Of a stretch of 64,000 nt of DNA, positions 20,327-30,283 are shown piece by piece. A program made the position numbers and the translations under genes. Location of the stretch: assembly GCA_021323945.1 (NCBI GenBank), contig JAJPKA010000002.1:354923-418922 (forward strand), written 5' to 3'. This stretch comes from Pseudomonadota bacterium (GTDB lineage: Bacteria; Desulfobacterota; Binatia; Binatales; Binataceae). Below the pieces are notes generated by a model that had not been told where the DNA came from, ran no database searches, and saw only the letters and a program-made list of their open reading frames with translations. How positions within the stretch are numbered: position 1 is the stretch's first letter; every line of letters starts with the position of its first letter.

Positions 20327-21247
20327 GTGGGACTTCAATGCTACAACTGCCCTGAATCGCGTTTTGTTGGTGGTCTGCTGGTGGCTCTGATCGCCAGCAT
20401 CATGCTGGCAGCCGGCCTGGCGATTATGAAAGAACGCGCCCCAGCGCTGCCAGCGATTCGCGCGTCCTCACCCGTCAAAGCTCTTCTATGCTGGATCTGC
20501 GATTTGCCCTGGCTCGCAGCGCTGATCATCGAAGCCGCGGGTTATGCGCTATATTTCGTGGCTTTGGCACGCGCCCCAGTATCGCTGGTGGCCGTGGTGA
20601 TGCAGGGCGGTATTGCGGTGTTTGTGCTGATCGCGGTGGTTTTTCTCGGGGAGCGAGCCAACTACCTGGAGGCAAGCGGAATCGCCGCTATTATCCTGGC
20701 GATGGTTCTGCTGGCGCTGTCGTTTGATAATGTTCCGGTTCGTGGTCAACTTGATTCAGATACCCTGTGGATGGTTTCGGCGGTTACGCTGGCTGGCACG
20801 GTCGTCTTGTGGTCGGCGCGCCGATTGCGTTCGAACGGCTCAGCGGAGGCGATCGCATCGGGCATCGCTTTCGGCCTGAGTACGCTATACACCAAAGCGT
20901 TGGCCGATGTTCTCGCGACTCGGACCGACTACCCAGCGGCGCTTGCCTTGCTCGCCAGTCCCTGGCTGTACCTGACAATGATTGCCAACATCGGTGGTCT
21001 CGTGCTTTTACAAAATTCTTTTCATCACACCCGCGGACTGATCGCGATGCCTCTGTCGTCGGCAATATCCAATGTGGTACCCATAGCCGGCGGTATGCTG
21101 GCTTTCGGCGAACGTCTGCCGCAGGAGTCGCTGCCTGCGGCTTTTCGTTCCGCCGCATTCATCTTAACGATCGTGGGCAGTATGTTGCTGGCAGGTGCAG
21201 AAACTATCACTGACGACAGCCATCAAGTCCAGCGCCGTCGCCATTGA
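20327..21247 (+). CDS. Polytopic inner-membrane protein (DMT/EamA-like or HpnL-like), probably co-transcribed with hpnJI
   Basis: 306 aa, about 9-10 hydrophobic helices, 67 bp after hpnI. Family cannot be decided by eye. Confidence 0.5.
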   Translation: MGLQCYNCPESRFVGGLLVALIASIMLAAGLAIMKERAPALPAIRASSPVKALLCWICDLPWLAALIIEAAGYALYFVALARAPVSLVAVVMQGGIAVFVLIAVVFLGERANYLEASGIAAIILAMVLLALSFDNVPVRGQLDSDTLWMVSAVTLAGTVVLWSARRLRSNGSAEAIASGIAFGLSTLYTKALADVLATRTDYPAALALLASPWLYLTMIANIGGLVLLQNSFHHTRGLIAMPLSSAISNVVPIAGGMLAFGERLPQESLPAAFRSAAFILTIVGSMLLAGAETITDDSHQVQRRRH

Positions 21248-21310
21248 CGAACACGCGTCCGCACGACAGAGCTCAACCAGGCGACTATTGATACATCGGA
21301 TGGGGGTATC

Positions 21311-22321
21311 ATGAAGATTAAACGAATGGGACGTACCGGCCTCAAGGTCTCGGAGATCTGCCTCGGAACAATGACCTTCGGCTTACAATGCGACGAGCAA
21401 ACCAGCTTCGCTATCATGAACGCGGCATTGGAACACGGCGTAAATTTTATCGACACGGCCGACGGCTATCCGATGGGCGGCAATCTGGAGACCGTGGGAC
21501 GGACAGAAACCATTGTCGGTCAATGGCTTAAAGGCCGACGCGACAAAATTGTGCTTGCCACCAAGTGTTGGGTACCGATGAGTAGCGAGCCCAACGACCG
21601 CGGCCTTTCACGCAAACACATTTTTGACGCCGTAGAGGCCAGCCTGCGGCGACTCCAGACCGACTACATCGACCTCTATCAGGCTCATGCACCTGACCCG
21701 GAAACCCCGCTGGATGAAACGTTGCGCGCGTTCGATGACTTGGTCCACCAGGGCAAGGTCCGCTATCTTGGCTGCTCAAACTTCAAGGCGTGGCTGCTCG
21801 CAACGGCGCTTGCTATCAGCGATAAGCATGATTTGGCGCGGTTCGATTGCGTCCAACCCCGCTACAATCTGCTGTTTCGCGAAATCGAAAATGAATTGCT
21901 GCCCTTATGCCATCATTTCGGTATCGGTGTGATTGCCTATAACCCACTGGCAGGCGGCTTCCTAACCGGCAAATACAAACGCGACACTCCGCCGTCACGC
22001 GACACTCGCTTTGGATTTCTCTCGGGCCGAACCCGCTCGATTTACCACAAACGGTATTGGCAGGATGAGCAATTCGAGGCTGTTGAACACCTGCAGGACT
22101 TCTTCTCACGCCGCAATAAGTCCCTCACACAGGTGGCGATCGCGTGGGTTCTGGCACAACCCGACGTGACATCTGCCATAGTCGGAGCCACCTCTCCTGC
22201 CCAAATCCATCAATCCCTGCCGGCCGTAGAACTGAAGCTCGAGGCCGATGAAATGGAGGTTTGCAACGACGTCTGGTTCAGACTCCCTCGGCTCCGCGAT
22301 CCCGAGGTGGCGTTCCGCTGA
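21311..22321 (+). CDS. Aldo/keto reductase
   Basis: 336 aa. MGRTGLKVSEICLGTMTFG N-terminus, typical AKR. Confidence 0.85.
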   Translation: MKIKRMGRTGLKVSEICLGTMTFGLQCDEQTSFAIMNAALEHGVNFIDTADGYPMGGNLETVGRTETIVGQWLKGRRDKIVLATKCWVPMSSEPNDRGLSRKHIFDAVEASLRRLQTDYIDLYQAHAPDPETPLDETLRAFDDLVHQGKVRYLGCSNFKAWLLATALAISDKHDLARFDCVQPRYNLLFREIENELLPLCHHFGIGVIAYNPLAGGFLTGKYKRDTPPSRDTRFGFLSGRTRSIYHKRYWQDEQFEAVEHLQDFFSRRNKSLTQVAIAWVLAQPDVTSAIVGATSPAQIHQSLPAVELKLEADEMEVCNDVWFRLPRLRDPEVAFR

Positions 22322-22388
22322 GAAGGTCCCGGTGCGGAAAAGTGCCGAAAATGCTTCACTGACCGAACCTTCCCGATGGCAGGGCTTC

Positions 22389-24083
22389 ATGTTAACGTCC
22401 CAGATTGCCTATCGTTTGAAATCTGCGGTATGGATTAGTGCCTTTTCCTTCCTGCTTTGCGTTGTCGCTGATCTCGTTTCGCCGACGCGCTCACAAGCCT
22501 CGGACGCTCGTCACGAGATGGTTGCCGCCGAGGGCGCGCTGGCTGCCGACGCTGGCCTCGAGGTTATGAAACATGGGGGGAATGCCGTCGACGCTGCAGT
22601 CGCAACTTCTCTGGTCCTGGGCGTCACCAACGCGGCGTCGTGCGGCATCGGTGGCGGCGGTTTCATGCTGATCTATTGGGCCCAAGACCACAAACTTTAT
22701 GGTCTGGACTACCGCGAAAGGGCACCGATGACGGTGACCCCAGCTAGTTATTTACGCGACGGCAAACCCGACGAACGGCTGGCGCGCACGGGGGCGCTTG
22801 CGGTAGCCGTACCCGGCGAGCTTGCCGGTCTCGACGCGGCGCTGCGTCGCTTTGGCTCCATGCGATTTTCGCAGCTGAGCCGGCAAGCGATCAGGCTGGC
22901 GCGCGATGGATTTCCCATCTCACCGCACCTGGCCAAGGATATCCGCCTTACCGCCGCTGATATCTCTCATCAACCCGGGTTTCGCACGGTTTTTTTTAAT
23001 GATGCCGGTTTGCCGTTGCAGGCGGGCGCGATCGCACACAATCCCGCCCTTGCGGCCCTGCTCGAGCGATTGGGCAACGATCCGGTTCAGGACTTCTACC
23101 ACGGTAAGAGCGCACATCAACTGGTCGACTACCTGGCCCGCAATGGAGGCCTCCTGACGTTGCGCGATCTGGCCGAGTACCGTCCAATCTGGCGCAGCCC
23201 GATCAGTGTCGAATATCGAGGATATCAGGTCTACACGATGCCGCCGCCATCCTCGGGCGGGATCGTGCTCGAAATTCTGAAGATGATCGAGTCGGAACCT
23301 ATCGCTCATCTGGCGGCCGACTCGCCGCGATATCTCGCCTACCTGGTTCCAATGATGCGCCAGGGTTTCGTTGATCGGAGCGCCTACGCCGACCCGGCTT
23401 ACGTCAAGGTGCCGGTGGCGCAGTTACTGTCGGCGAGTCACATCTTGCAGGCACGTGAAGTCGCCCTACGAAAAAATCGCGCTGTGCCGGCAATCGCAGT
23501 CGTGCACGACCACGGAACATCCAATTTTTGCGTAGTTGATCGCCACCGCAACGTTGTTGTCGTTACCACAACGATTAACACGATTTTTGGCGCAAAAATG
23601 ATGGTTCCGGAAATGGGCGTGGTGCTTAACAACGAAATGGATGACTTTACCGTCGCGCCGGGCGTGCCCAATGCCTTCAAGTTAACTCAGTCGGCGGCGA
23701 ATGAAATCGCCCCCGGCAAACGCCCGCTTTCGAGCATGTCTCCGTTGATTGCCTTCCGGGATGGGCGGCCGGTACTGGCGGCTGGGGGCTCTGGCGGGCC
23801 TACCATCATCAGCAGCGTGCTTCAAGTAACGCTCAATCAGCTCGATTTTCGTCTGACCCCAGCTCAGGCGATTGCTCAACCACGAGTCCATGATCAGGCC
23901 GATCCCGATATGGTGCTGGCGGAGTCGAATCTACCTGCGGCGACCTTCAGCGCGCTTCGCCAGATGGGTTACCGGGTCAAGAGCGTGAGCGAACTCGGTG
24001 CTGTCAATTCAATCAGGATAGATCCGGAAGTCCTGATGGGAGCTTTCGATCAGCGGAAGGGTGGTGGCGTGGCCGGCGATTAA
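22389..24083 (+). CDS. ggt: Gamma-glutamyltransferase (secreted; N-terminal signal peptide)
   Basis: GGT family, autoprocessing Thr region HGTSNFCVVD and GGSGGPTIISSVLQV. Start chosen at the Met that precedes a signal-like segment (MLTSQIAYRLKSAVWISAFSFLLCVVA). The 22248 start would overlap the AKR. Confidence 0.85.
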   Translation: MLTSQIAYRLKSAVWISAFSFLLCVVADLVSPTRSQASDARHEMVAAEGALAADAGLEVMKHGGNAVDAAVATSLVLGVTNAASCGIGGGGFMLIYWAQDHKLYGLDYRERAPMTVTPASYLRDGKPDERLARTGALAVAVPGELAGLDAALRRFGSMRFSQLSRQAIRLARDGFPISPHLAKDIRLTAADISHQPGFRTVFFNDAGLPLQAGAIAHNPALAALLERLGNDPVQDFYHGKSAHQLVDYLARNGGLLTLRDLAEYRPIWRSPISVEYRGYQVYTMPPPSSGGIVLEILKMIESEPIAHLAADSPRYLAYLVPMMRQGFVDRSAYADPAYVKVPVAQLLSASHILQAREVALRKNRAVPAIAVVHDHGTSNFCVVDRHRNVVVVTTTINTIFGAKMMVPEMGVVLNNEMDDFTVAPGVPNAFKLTQSAANEIAPGKRPLSSMSPLIAFRDGRPVLAAGGSGGPTIISSVLQVTLNQLDFRLTPAQAIAQPRVHDQADPDMVLAESNLPAATFSALRQMGYRVKSVSELGAVNSIRIDPEVLMGAFDQRKGGGVAGD

Positions 24084-24089
24084 AGAACT

Positions 24090-24452
24090 TCAACCACTAT
24101 GCTTTGGCCGATCGGCTCGTAACAATTCATCGACGCGGGCCGCGTTCTCGATTCCAGCATCAAATTCAAAATCCAATTCCGGAGTGTAGCGCAGCTGGAG
24201 CACGCGGCCGATTTGCCGTCGAATAAAGCCGCTGGCGCTGCGAAATCCTTTGACCGATTCGGTGGCAACCTGGTGACCCTGGAAATGAGAGAAAAAAATG
24301 CGGGCGTGCCGCAGATCGTCGCTCATCCTGACCCGAGTTAGGGTTACTCCCCGCAAGCGCGGATCTTTCAGGTCGCGCAGCAGCAGCTGCGAGAGTTCTC
24401 TTAGCACCATCTCGGCCACCCGCTCTTGCCGCCTGTCGTCGCCTTCCACCAT
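24090..24452 (-). CDS. rbfA: Ribosome-binding factor A
   Basis: RbfA KH-like signature (GVTLTRVRMSDDLRHARIFFS). Start set at internal Met to give about 120 aa. The longer ORF would overlap miaB. Confidence 0.75.
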   Translation of the reverse strand: MVEGDDRRQERVAEMVLRELSQLLLRDLKDPRLRGVTLTRVRMSDDLRHARIFFSHFQGHQVATESVKGFRSASGFIRRQIGRVLQLRYTPELDFEFDAGIENAARVDELLRADRPKHSG

Positions 24453-24546
24453 GCCTTGAATAATAGTCCCAGTTCCTGCTGTACCTAAAACCAAGCCTGA
24501 TGATCTCCACCCGGCGAATGAGGTCCGGCAATCCCGATTGCCCGCC

Positions 24547-25872
24547 TCAGGGTACCGTCGAGAGTAACGAATGAGCTGTCGCCGAAGCGATGCGAACGTT
24601 GACTGTATCACCGATGTTGATAGAGGGAGAGGCGGGGAAGAGCGCCGTCTTGAATTGCGGCGTCTTGCCGACCATCATGCCGCCGCCACGTCGTGCGGGA
24701 CCTTCAACGAGCACTGGGAACTCGCGCCCGATCAGCGCGCGGTTACGTTCGAGCGAGAGCGATTCCTGAAGCGCAATAACCTCAGCCAGGCGGCGGCTCT
24801 TTTCTTCGTTACTGACAGTGTCGCCAAGTTTAAAAGCGCGCGTATGCTCGCGCACCGAATACTTGAACATAAACGCCGAGTCGTAACCGACCCTCCGCAT
24901 GAGGTCGAGCGTGGCGGCGAAATCACTTTCCTCCTCACCATGAAAACCCACGATGATATCGGTCGACAGGGCCAGATTTGGAATAGCGGACCGTAAACGC
25001 TCCACCAACCTGAGATATGCCTCAGTGGTGTATCCGCGGCCCATTGCTGCCAGGATCCGATCCGAGCCAGACTGCACCGGCAGATGAAGATATGGCTGCA
25101 CCTTGGGCTCTTGCGCCATTGCCTCGATCACGTCTGCGGTCATGTCGGAGGGGTGGGGCGAAGTGAACCGAATCCGGGTAATGCCATCCACCGCGGCTAC
25201 CATTCGGAGCAATTGGCCAAATCCGACTTGATTGTAACGATAAGCGTTTACCGTCTGGCCGAGCAGGACGATCTCTTTGGTCCCGCGTTCCGCCAGACGC
25301 TCAACTTCGCGCAAGATGGCAGGGAGGGGGACACTGCGTTCGCGTCCTCGAACGTAAGGCACTACACAGAACGCACAAAACTTGTCGCAGCCCCGCATGA
25401 CCGTGACATAAGCCCGCACACCAGAATCATATGCGGGCGAGATATCACTGTAAGTCTCGGCGCGGTCCAACCGCACGTCGACGGTCGGATCACCGGCTAC
25501 GCCGGCAAGCAGTTCAGGTAGCCGCCGATAGCTGTCTGGACCAGCGACAACGTCGAGCCACGGCGCCTTTTTTAACAATGAAGCACGATTGTGCTGGGCC
25601 ATACAGCCGAGCAATCCGAGCTTACGCCTCGGGCGCGCGTCCTTGAGTCGTGCGAGATCGCTCAACCGCCCAAGAACACGGTCTTCGGCGTGCTCGCGAA
25701 TCGCACACGTATTGAGCAGGATAATGTCCGCCTCATTGGCATCGCTGGTGGTCGCGTATCCTGCCTGCTGCAGGATAGCAGTCACCATCTGCGAATCCGC
25801 AATATTCATCTGGCACCCGTAGGTCTCCAGATAGACCCGCGGCGCACGGCAGGCGTTGTTCTCGACAATCAT
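24547..25872 (-). CDS. miaB: tRNA-i6A37 methylthiotransferase MiaB (radical SAM, C-terminal TRAM domain)
   Basis: 441 aa. MTTase N-terminal domain (YLETYGCQMN), radical SAM CxxxCxxC (CDKFCAFC), TRAM C-terminus. Confidence 0.85.
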   Translation of the reverse strand: MIVENNACRAPRVYLETYGCQMNIADSQMVTAILQQAGYATTSDANEADIILLNTCAIREHAEDRVLGRLSDLARLKDARPRRKLGLLGCMAQHNRASLLKKAPWLDVVAGPDSYRRLPELLAGVAGDPTVDVRLDRAETYSDISPAYDSGVRAYVTVMRGCDKFCAFCVVPYVRGRERSVPLPAILREVERLAERGTKEIVLLGQTVNAYRYNQVGFGQLLRMVAAVDGITRIRFTSPHPSDMTADVIEAMAQEPKVQPYLHLPVQSGSDRILAAMGRGYTTEAYLRLVERLRSAIPNLALSTDIIVGFHGEEESDFAATLDLMRRVGYDSAFMFKYSVREHTRAFKLGDTVSNEEKSRRLAEVIALQESLSLERNRALIGREFPVLVEGPARRGGGMMVGKTPQFKTALFPASPSINIGDTVNVRIASATAHSLLSTVP

Positions 25873-26168
25873 CGTAGGGCGGCTATCAAGCTTAGAACAA
25901 CGCTGACCGGTGGCTCAACCTGGTTTTCCGCAAGCCGCATAACCCAGTGACGAAACAAGGCCAAGCCCGCCGGTGTTTGGCACGAGGCCAACACATTGTA
26001 GTATGCTTTAGGCGCAGAATGGCTTTTTTGGTCGTTGCCAGCAAATTTGGAACCGCACGTGACCGGATTTCAACTCAAGGTTGGCCCGTGGGTCGGGGCT
26101 GGATTGCCCACATAAGCTGCCAATTGAAAGACCGGTCGCGTTAGAGCGTCGTCGGAGGAAACCCGGTT

Positions 26169-27299
26169 ATGGCTTTCGAGTACAAGCGCATTGATGCCGA
26201 CAGTCATTGCCAGGAAAAACCGGATACCTGGACCAGCCGGATGTCGAAAACCAAATGGGGCGACCGCATCCCGCAGATTCGCGAGAAGGACGGACGCGAA
26301 TACTGGGTTTGCGATGGCAGAATAATGATGAACGGATGGCTCGCGCTGTGTCACGGGGTTATTCCGGATCGCAAAACCCTGCCGACCCATTGGCGCGACG
26401 TCCCATCGATGATCTATACGGCCGACGGTCGTATGCGCGCGATGGATCGCGACGGCGTTTCGGCCCAGGTGCTCTTTCCCAATACGGCGGGGGTTGGTGG
26501 CGAGGGCTTCATGATGAAAATGGACCCCGAGTTCCAAAAGGACTGTGTGCGGGCGTATAACGACTATTTGGCCGAAGAATTTTTCGACGTTGCCCCTCAC
26601 CGGTTCATCACCCTGGCGATACTGCCGCTTTCGAGCGTGGAGGCAGCGGTCGCCGAATTGAAGCGAGCCGCCAAGCGGGGCCATCGCGGTTTCCTCATGA
26701 TCAGCGCCACTGAGCAGTATCACCTGCCTGCCTTCGCCGACCATTATTGGGACCCACTCTGGGCAACTGCCCAGGAGCTCGATATGCCGGTGCATTTCCA
26801 CAATGTGGCTGGCGCCAAACGGCTTACCTTGGGCTCGGAACCCGGCTCGAGCGACATGAAGATGCTTGCGATGGCGAGCGCCAATTCTTTTGCGCTCTCT
26901 GCGCAGATCTTTGCCAATCTGCTGCTGAGCGGCGTGCTCGAACGATTCCCTAGGCTGACCTTTGTCGGCGCCGAGAGCGGGATCGGATGGGTGCCCTACG
27001 TGCTTGAAGCGTGCGATTACGAATGGGAGCGCAACCAGCTCTACAAAAACGGTCTCAAGCGCAAGCCGAGCGACGCCTTCCGCCAGCAATGCTACGTGGA
27101 TTTCTGGTACGAGCAGGCCGGGATTAAACTTCGTGACTACATCGGCATCGACCGGATCCTGTGGGAAACGGACTTCCCGCATCCGACCTCGATTTGGCCG
27201 GCCGCGGACAAGTGGCTCAAATGGAGCTTTGAAGGAGTTCCCGAAGAGGACCAGCATAAGATTCTGGTTGAAAATCCCAAACGGCTCTACAAGCTGTAG
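26169..27299 (+). CDS. Amidohydrolase-2 (PF04909-type) TIM-barrel metal-dependent hydrolase
   Basis: 376 aa. IDADSH metal-binding start and HFHN, typical of the ACMSD/Amidohydro_2 superfamily. Confidence 0.75.
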   Translation: MAFEYKRIDADSHCQEKPDTWTSRMSKTKWGDRIPQIREKDGREYWVCDGRIMMNGWLALCHGVIPDRKTLPTHWRDVPSMIYTADGRMRAMDRDGVSAQVLFPNTAGVGGEGFMMKMDPEFQKDCVRAYNDYLAEEFFDVAPHRFITLAILPLSSVEAAVAELKRAAKRGHRGFLMISATEQYHLPAFADHYWDPLWATAQELDMPVHFHNVAGAKRLTLGSEPGSSDMKMLAMASANSFALSAQIFANLLLSGVLERFPRLTFVGAESGIGWVPYVLEACDYEWERNQLYKNGLKRKPSDAFRQQCYVDFWYEQAGIKLRDYIGIDRILWETDFPHPTSIWPAADKWLKWSFEGVPEEDQHKILVENPKRLYKL

Positions 27300-27362
27300 C
27301 GGATAAAAAGTTACCGCTCGGTTTGACTCGCTGCTCTGCTCCAGGCCAGGAAGGACGATGCT

Positions 27363-28505
27363 GTGGCACTGCGATTTGGTGTGATCTCTGCTGACGACCA
27401 TGTGGTGGAACCGCCTGATCTGTGGACCAGTTGCCTGTCGCAGGCAAAATGGGGCGACCGCATTCCGCACGTGGCTGTGCAGTCGGACGCGACCGAGCGT
27501 TGGGTAATCGATGGCCAGGTCAGGCTGTCAACTTCGCTGGTCTCGACCGGGGCGTTATCCACAGACCGAGGTTCGGAGCCGCAGCACTGGAGTGAGGTGC
27601 CCAAGGCCGCGTACGACCCGGCGGCGCGGCTGGCCGCGATGGATTCAGACGGCGTCGATTGCTCGGTGCTATTCCCGTCAGCCGCGGGCGTGAGCGGCGA
27701 GGCGATTGGCGCAATCAAAGACCTCGAGCTTCAAGTCCAATGCGCGCGTGTCTATAACGACTGGATTATTGACGTTTGGGGCGCATCCAGTCCGCGTTTC
27801 GTGCCCCAGGCCATCCTCCCCGCAGGATCGGTTGAGGCGGCGGTGGCGGAAGCCATGCGCGCGGTGGGCCGGGGCCATAAGGGATTAATCATGCCCGCGC
27901 AGCCCTCGCAAATAAATCCAGCCGTACCTCATCTCTACAAGCCTGACTGGGATCCGCTATGGAAGACAATCGAGGAACTCGGGGTCCCCGTATGCTTCCA
28001 CGCGGGCAGCGCTCCCAGCGTTATGTTCGAGATAAGCCCGGCCTACGACTCAGCCGGGGCCCGCGCATTCGACAACGTCCGCCAGTCGGCCGGCAGTGCA
28101 GCATTGATCAATGGGATGGTGCTGTCGGGAATTCTGTACCGGTTTTCGCGACTGCAGGTTGTCTTTCCGGGTAGTGCGATTGATTATGTGCCGTTTGCGC
28201 TCGAAGCACTGGACCATCAGTGGGAACGTCAGCGTCTGGCGGAGAACGAAGGCTTCCTGCAGCGGCCCTCTGAGATTTTTCATCGACAGTGTTACGTGAC
28301 GACGTGGAAAGAAAGGGTCGGACTGCGCAATCGCAACTATGTCGGTGTGGAGCGCATCCTCTGGCAATCGGAGTTTCCCCGCTCGACGTCGACCTACCCC
28401 GAAACCACGCGCATGATCGCCAACAACTTCGCTGACGTACCTGCTCAGGAGCGCGACCTGATCCTCTGGCGCAACGCCGCTCGACTTTACCAGCTGTCAA
28501 CCTGA
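27363..28505 (+). CDS. Amidohydrolase-2 family hydrolase (tandem paralog)
   Basis: 380 aa, collinear similarity to the preceding gene (ISADDHVVEPPDLWTS...KWGDRIPHV...DSDGVDCSVLFPS...). Confidence 0.75.
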   Translation: MALRFGVISADDHVVEPPDLWTSCLSQAKWGDRIPHVAVQSDATERWVIDGQVRLSTSLVSTGALSTDRGSEPQHWSEVPKAAYDPAARLAAMDSDGVDCSVLFPSAAGVSGEAIGAIKDLELQVQCARVYNDWIIDVWGASSPRFVPQAILPAGSVEAAVAEAMRAVGRGHKGLIMPAQPSQINPAVPHLYKPDWDPLWKTIEELGVPVCFHAGSAPSVMFEISPAYDSAGARAFDNVRQSAGSAALINGMVLSGILYRFSRLQVVFPGSAIDYVPFALEALDHQWERQRLAENEGFLQRPSEIFHRQCYVTTWKERVGLRNRNYVGVERILWQSEFPRSTSTYPETTRMIANNFADVPAQERDLILWRNAARLYQLST

Positions 28506-28805
28506 AAGTCGGGCTGCAATTTAGCAGTTCCCGCGCAGCTGCCACGTGGACGGGAAACCCCGTGGGCTGCTGGAGCTGAAGTCTGCCGAGTGCAATGACG
28601 TGCTCGTGGCCGTCTCGACGCAGAACGCAAATGACGGAGACACTGATTACAGCGGATCGGAAATGCTCGAGCTTAAGGTTTCAAGAGCTGCGAATCGCAA
28701 GTCCACGCAGGCTCTGGCACCGGGACGTGCGTAAAGAGAAGAGCAGGTCGAAGGCACGGGGATAGTTGCGTCGCAAGACTGCGTTTGCTGTTAGAAGGAG
28801 AAGCC

Positions 28806-28979
28806 GTGAAGCCGATCAGCGTCACGCTGGAGAAAAGCAAAGAGACCAAGGGAACGTACCGGTTCGATTCGCCCGATCCGAACGCCGTCATCACCAGCGT
28901 GTACGTGAGAAAGAGCGCGTTCGACGACGGCGCCGTTCCAAAACGTATCGTCCTCACGGTGGCCGAGGCGGGAAGCTGA
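28806..28979 (+). CDS. Small hypothetical protein (57 aa, GTG start with AAGGAG RBS)
   Basis: AAGGAG 5 nt upstream of GTG. ORF ends 20 bp before the next gene, suggesting an operon. Confidence 0.35.
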   Translation: MKPISVTLEKSKETKGTYRFDSPDPNAVITSVYVRKSAFDDGAVPKRIVLTVAEAGS

Positions 28980-28998
28980 ATCCTAGGTACTTCCCGCG

Positions 28999-30003
28999 AT
29001 GGAGGTCAACAGGAAACAATTCAAGGTACAGGCCGGCGAGAAGTTCGCTTGTGCGGCTCTCCCAACCACCGCGCTGGAAATTTGTGATCTGCCGCCCAAC
29101 GAACCCGCTTGCTTGGGTCACAGCTGTTGGGCTTCTTCGGGCCTCCCTTTTCGGCTGAACGACCGGTGGAAACTCCAACTAGGGGAGTTTGAGGCAAATT
29201 GGCTCGAGCGAGGCAAGAAGTTCGTTTTTACCACGAAGATGCCATCGGCGGAGCCCGAGATCCTGAATGAGCAGGACACGCGTCTGCTTGAACGTTTGAA
29301 CTTACTGCTCTGGGGCATCGCTATAGTTGCGGGCGTGCCATCGATAGAGTTCGGCTCCATCCTGTCCGGTGGAAGAACCGCACAGGATGCGCTTCTACGG
29401 CGCGTGGCGCCAATCGAGTCGTTTTACCGAACTCCGGGAACTTCAATACCGTCGACCACTGTTTCGGAACTGCGCAGCGCGGCGCGATTCGTGGAGCGCT
29501 TCGAGAAGATTGTTCAACGGAGACAACGGGAACAGCGCTCGTATTGGCGACCAGTGAGTGGGCTCTACGCTTTCGTTGCTGCAATGAAGGCCCCGCAAGC
29601 GGAGATTCGACTCCACCAGTTTGTAAGGGCGATCGAGTCCTTTTTGTCGCCCTCCGTTTTTGGGGCCAAAAAATTCTGCAAGTATGCCTGCAAATTTCTG
29701 AGAGATGCTCCGCGCGCTCAGACGACTCTGCGGCAGATGTACGACTTGCGCAGTGCCGCCGAACACCACCGTCTTTTTGACACGCGCACGCTCCGTGGCA
29801 TCCAAACACCAGAAAAGGTAGCTATGCAGCGTGCGAGGCAGGCCGAGGCCTTCGCCCGCGAACTCTATCGACGGTTCTTCGCGGAGCAAGAAGATTACCT
29901 TGAGTACTTCAAAGACGACAAATCGCTCAACACCCTATGGTCTGACGCCGATAAGCTAGCGACCGTGTGGGGAGAACCTTTTGACATCGATGGGGTTGCG
30001 TAG
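28999..30003 (+). CDS. Hypothetical protein, 334 aa, with candidate Rx4H (HEPN-like) motif LRSAAEHHRLF
   Basis: Long ORF in a region of locally lower GC. No recognisable family. Rx4H motif near the C-terminal third. Confidence 0.55.
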   Translation: MEVNRKQFKVQAGEKFACAALPTTALEICDLPPNEPACLGHSCWASSGLPFRLNDRWKLQLGEFEANWLERGKKFVFTTKMPSAEPEILNEQDTRLLERLNLLLWGIAIVAGVPSIEFGSILSGGRTAQDALLRRVAPIESFYRTPGTSIPSTTVSELRSAARFVERFEKIVQRRQREQRSYWRPVSGLYAFVAAMKAPQAEIRLHQFVRAIESFLSPSVFGAKKFCKYACKFLRDAPRAQTTLRQMYDLRSAAEHHRLFDTRTLRGIQTPEKVAMQRARQAEAFARELYRRFFAEQEDYLEYFKDDKSLNTLWSDADKLATVWGEPFDIDGVA

Positions 30004-30283
30004 CTGTTGGGTGAGACATGGCACAGGCAATAACATCGCGACCGAAGCGCAATCTTGAGGCATATCAGCATATGCGCAAGGAGCGGCTGAATAACCCGCC
30101 GTCGGGCCTTGCGACGCCGAAGACGGACCCGCCGGCAAGAAGCATGAGTGCGAGGCTCCGGTCCCGTCGAAGCTGAAAAAGGTGACCCACTAAGATTCAC
30201 CTCTCGATCCGCCAGGCTACTCTCGCGAGCATCTAGGTCGCGTTGCGGCGCAAAACAGCGGCAATCAAGGTCTCGTTCGTGAA

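Noticed and set aside
22248-22388. N-terminal 47-codon extension of the GGT ORF
   Set aside because: Would overlap the AKR gene by 74 bp and precede the signal peptide. Start moved to 22389.
26070-27470. 466-aa ORF on the minus strand
   Set aside because: Antisense to the well-supported Amidohydro_2 gene. Low-complexity, Arg/Gly-rich translation typical of shadow ORFs in high-GC DNA.
30018-30176. 52-aa basic ORF with GGGTGAG RBS-like sequence
   Set aside because: Too short and unsupported to call. Mentioned only within the island finding.
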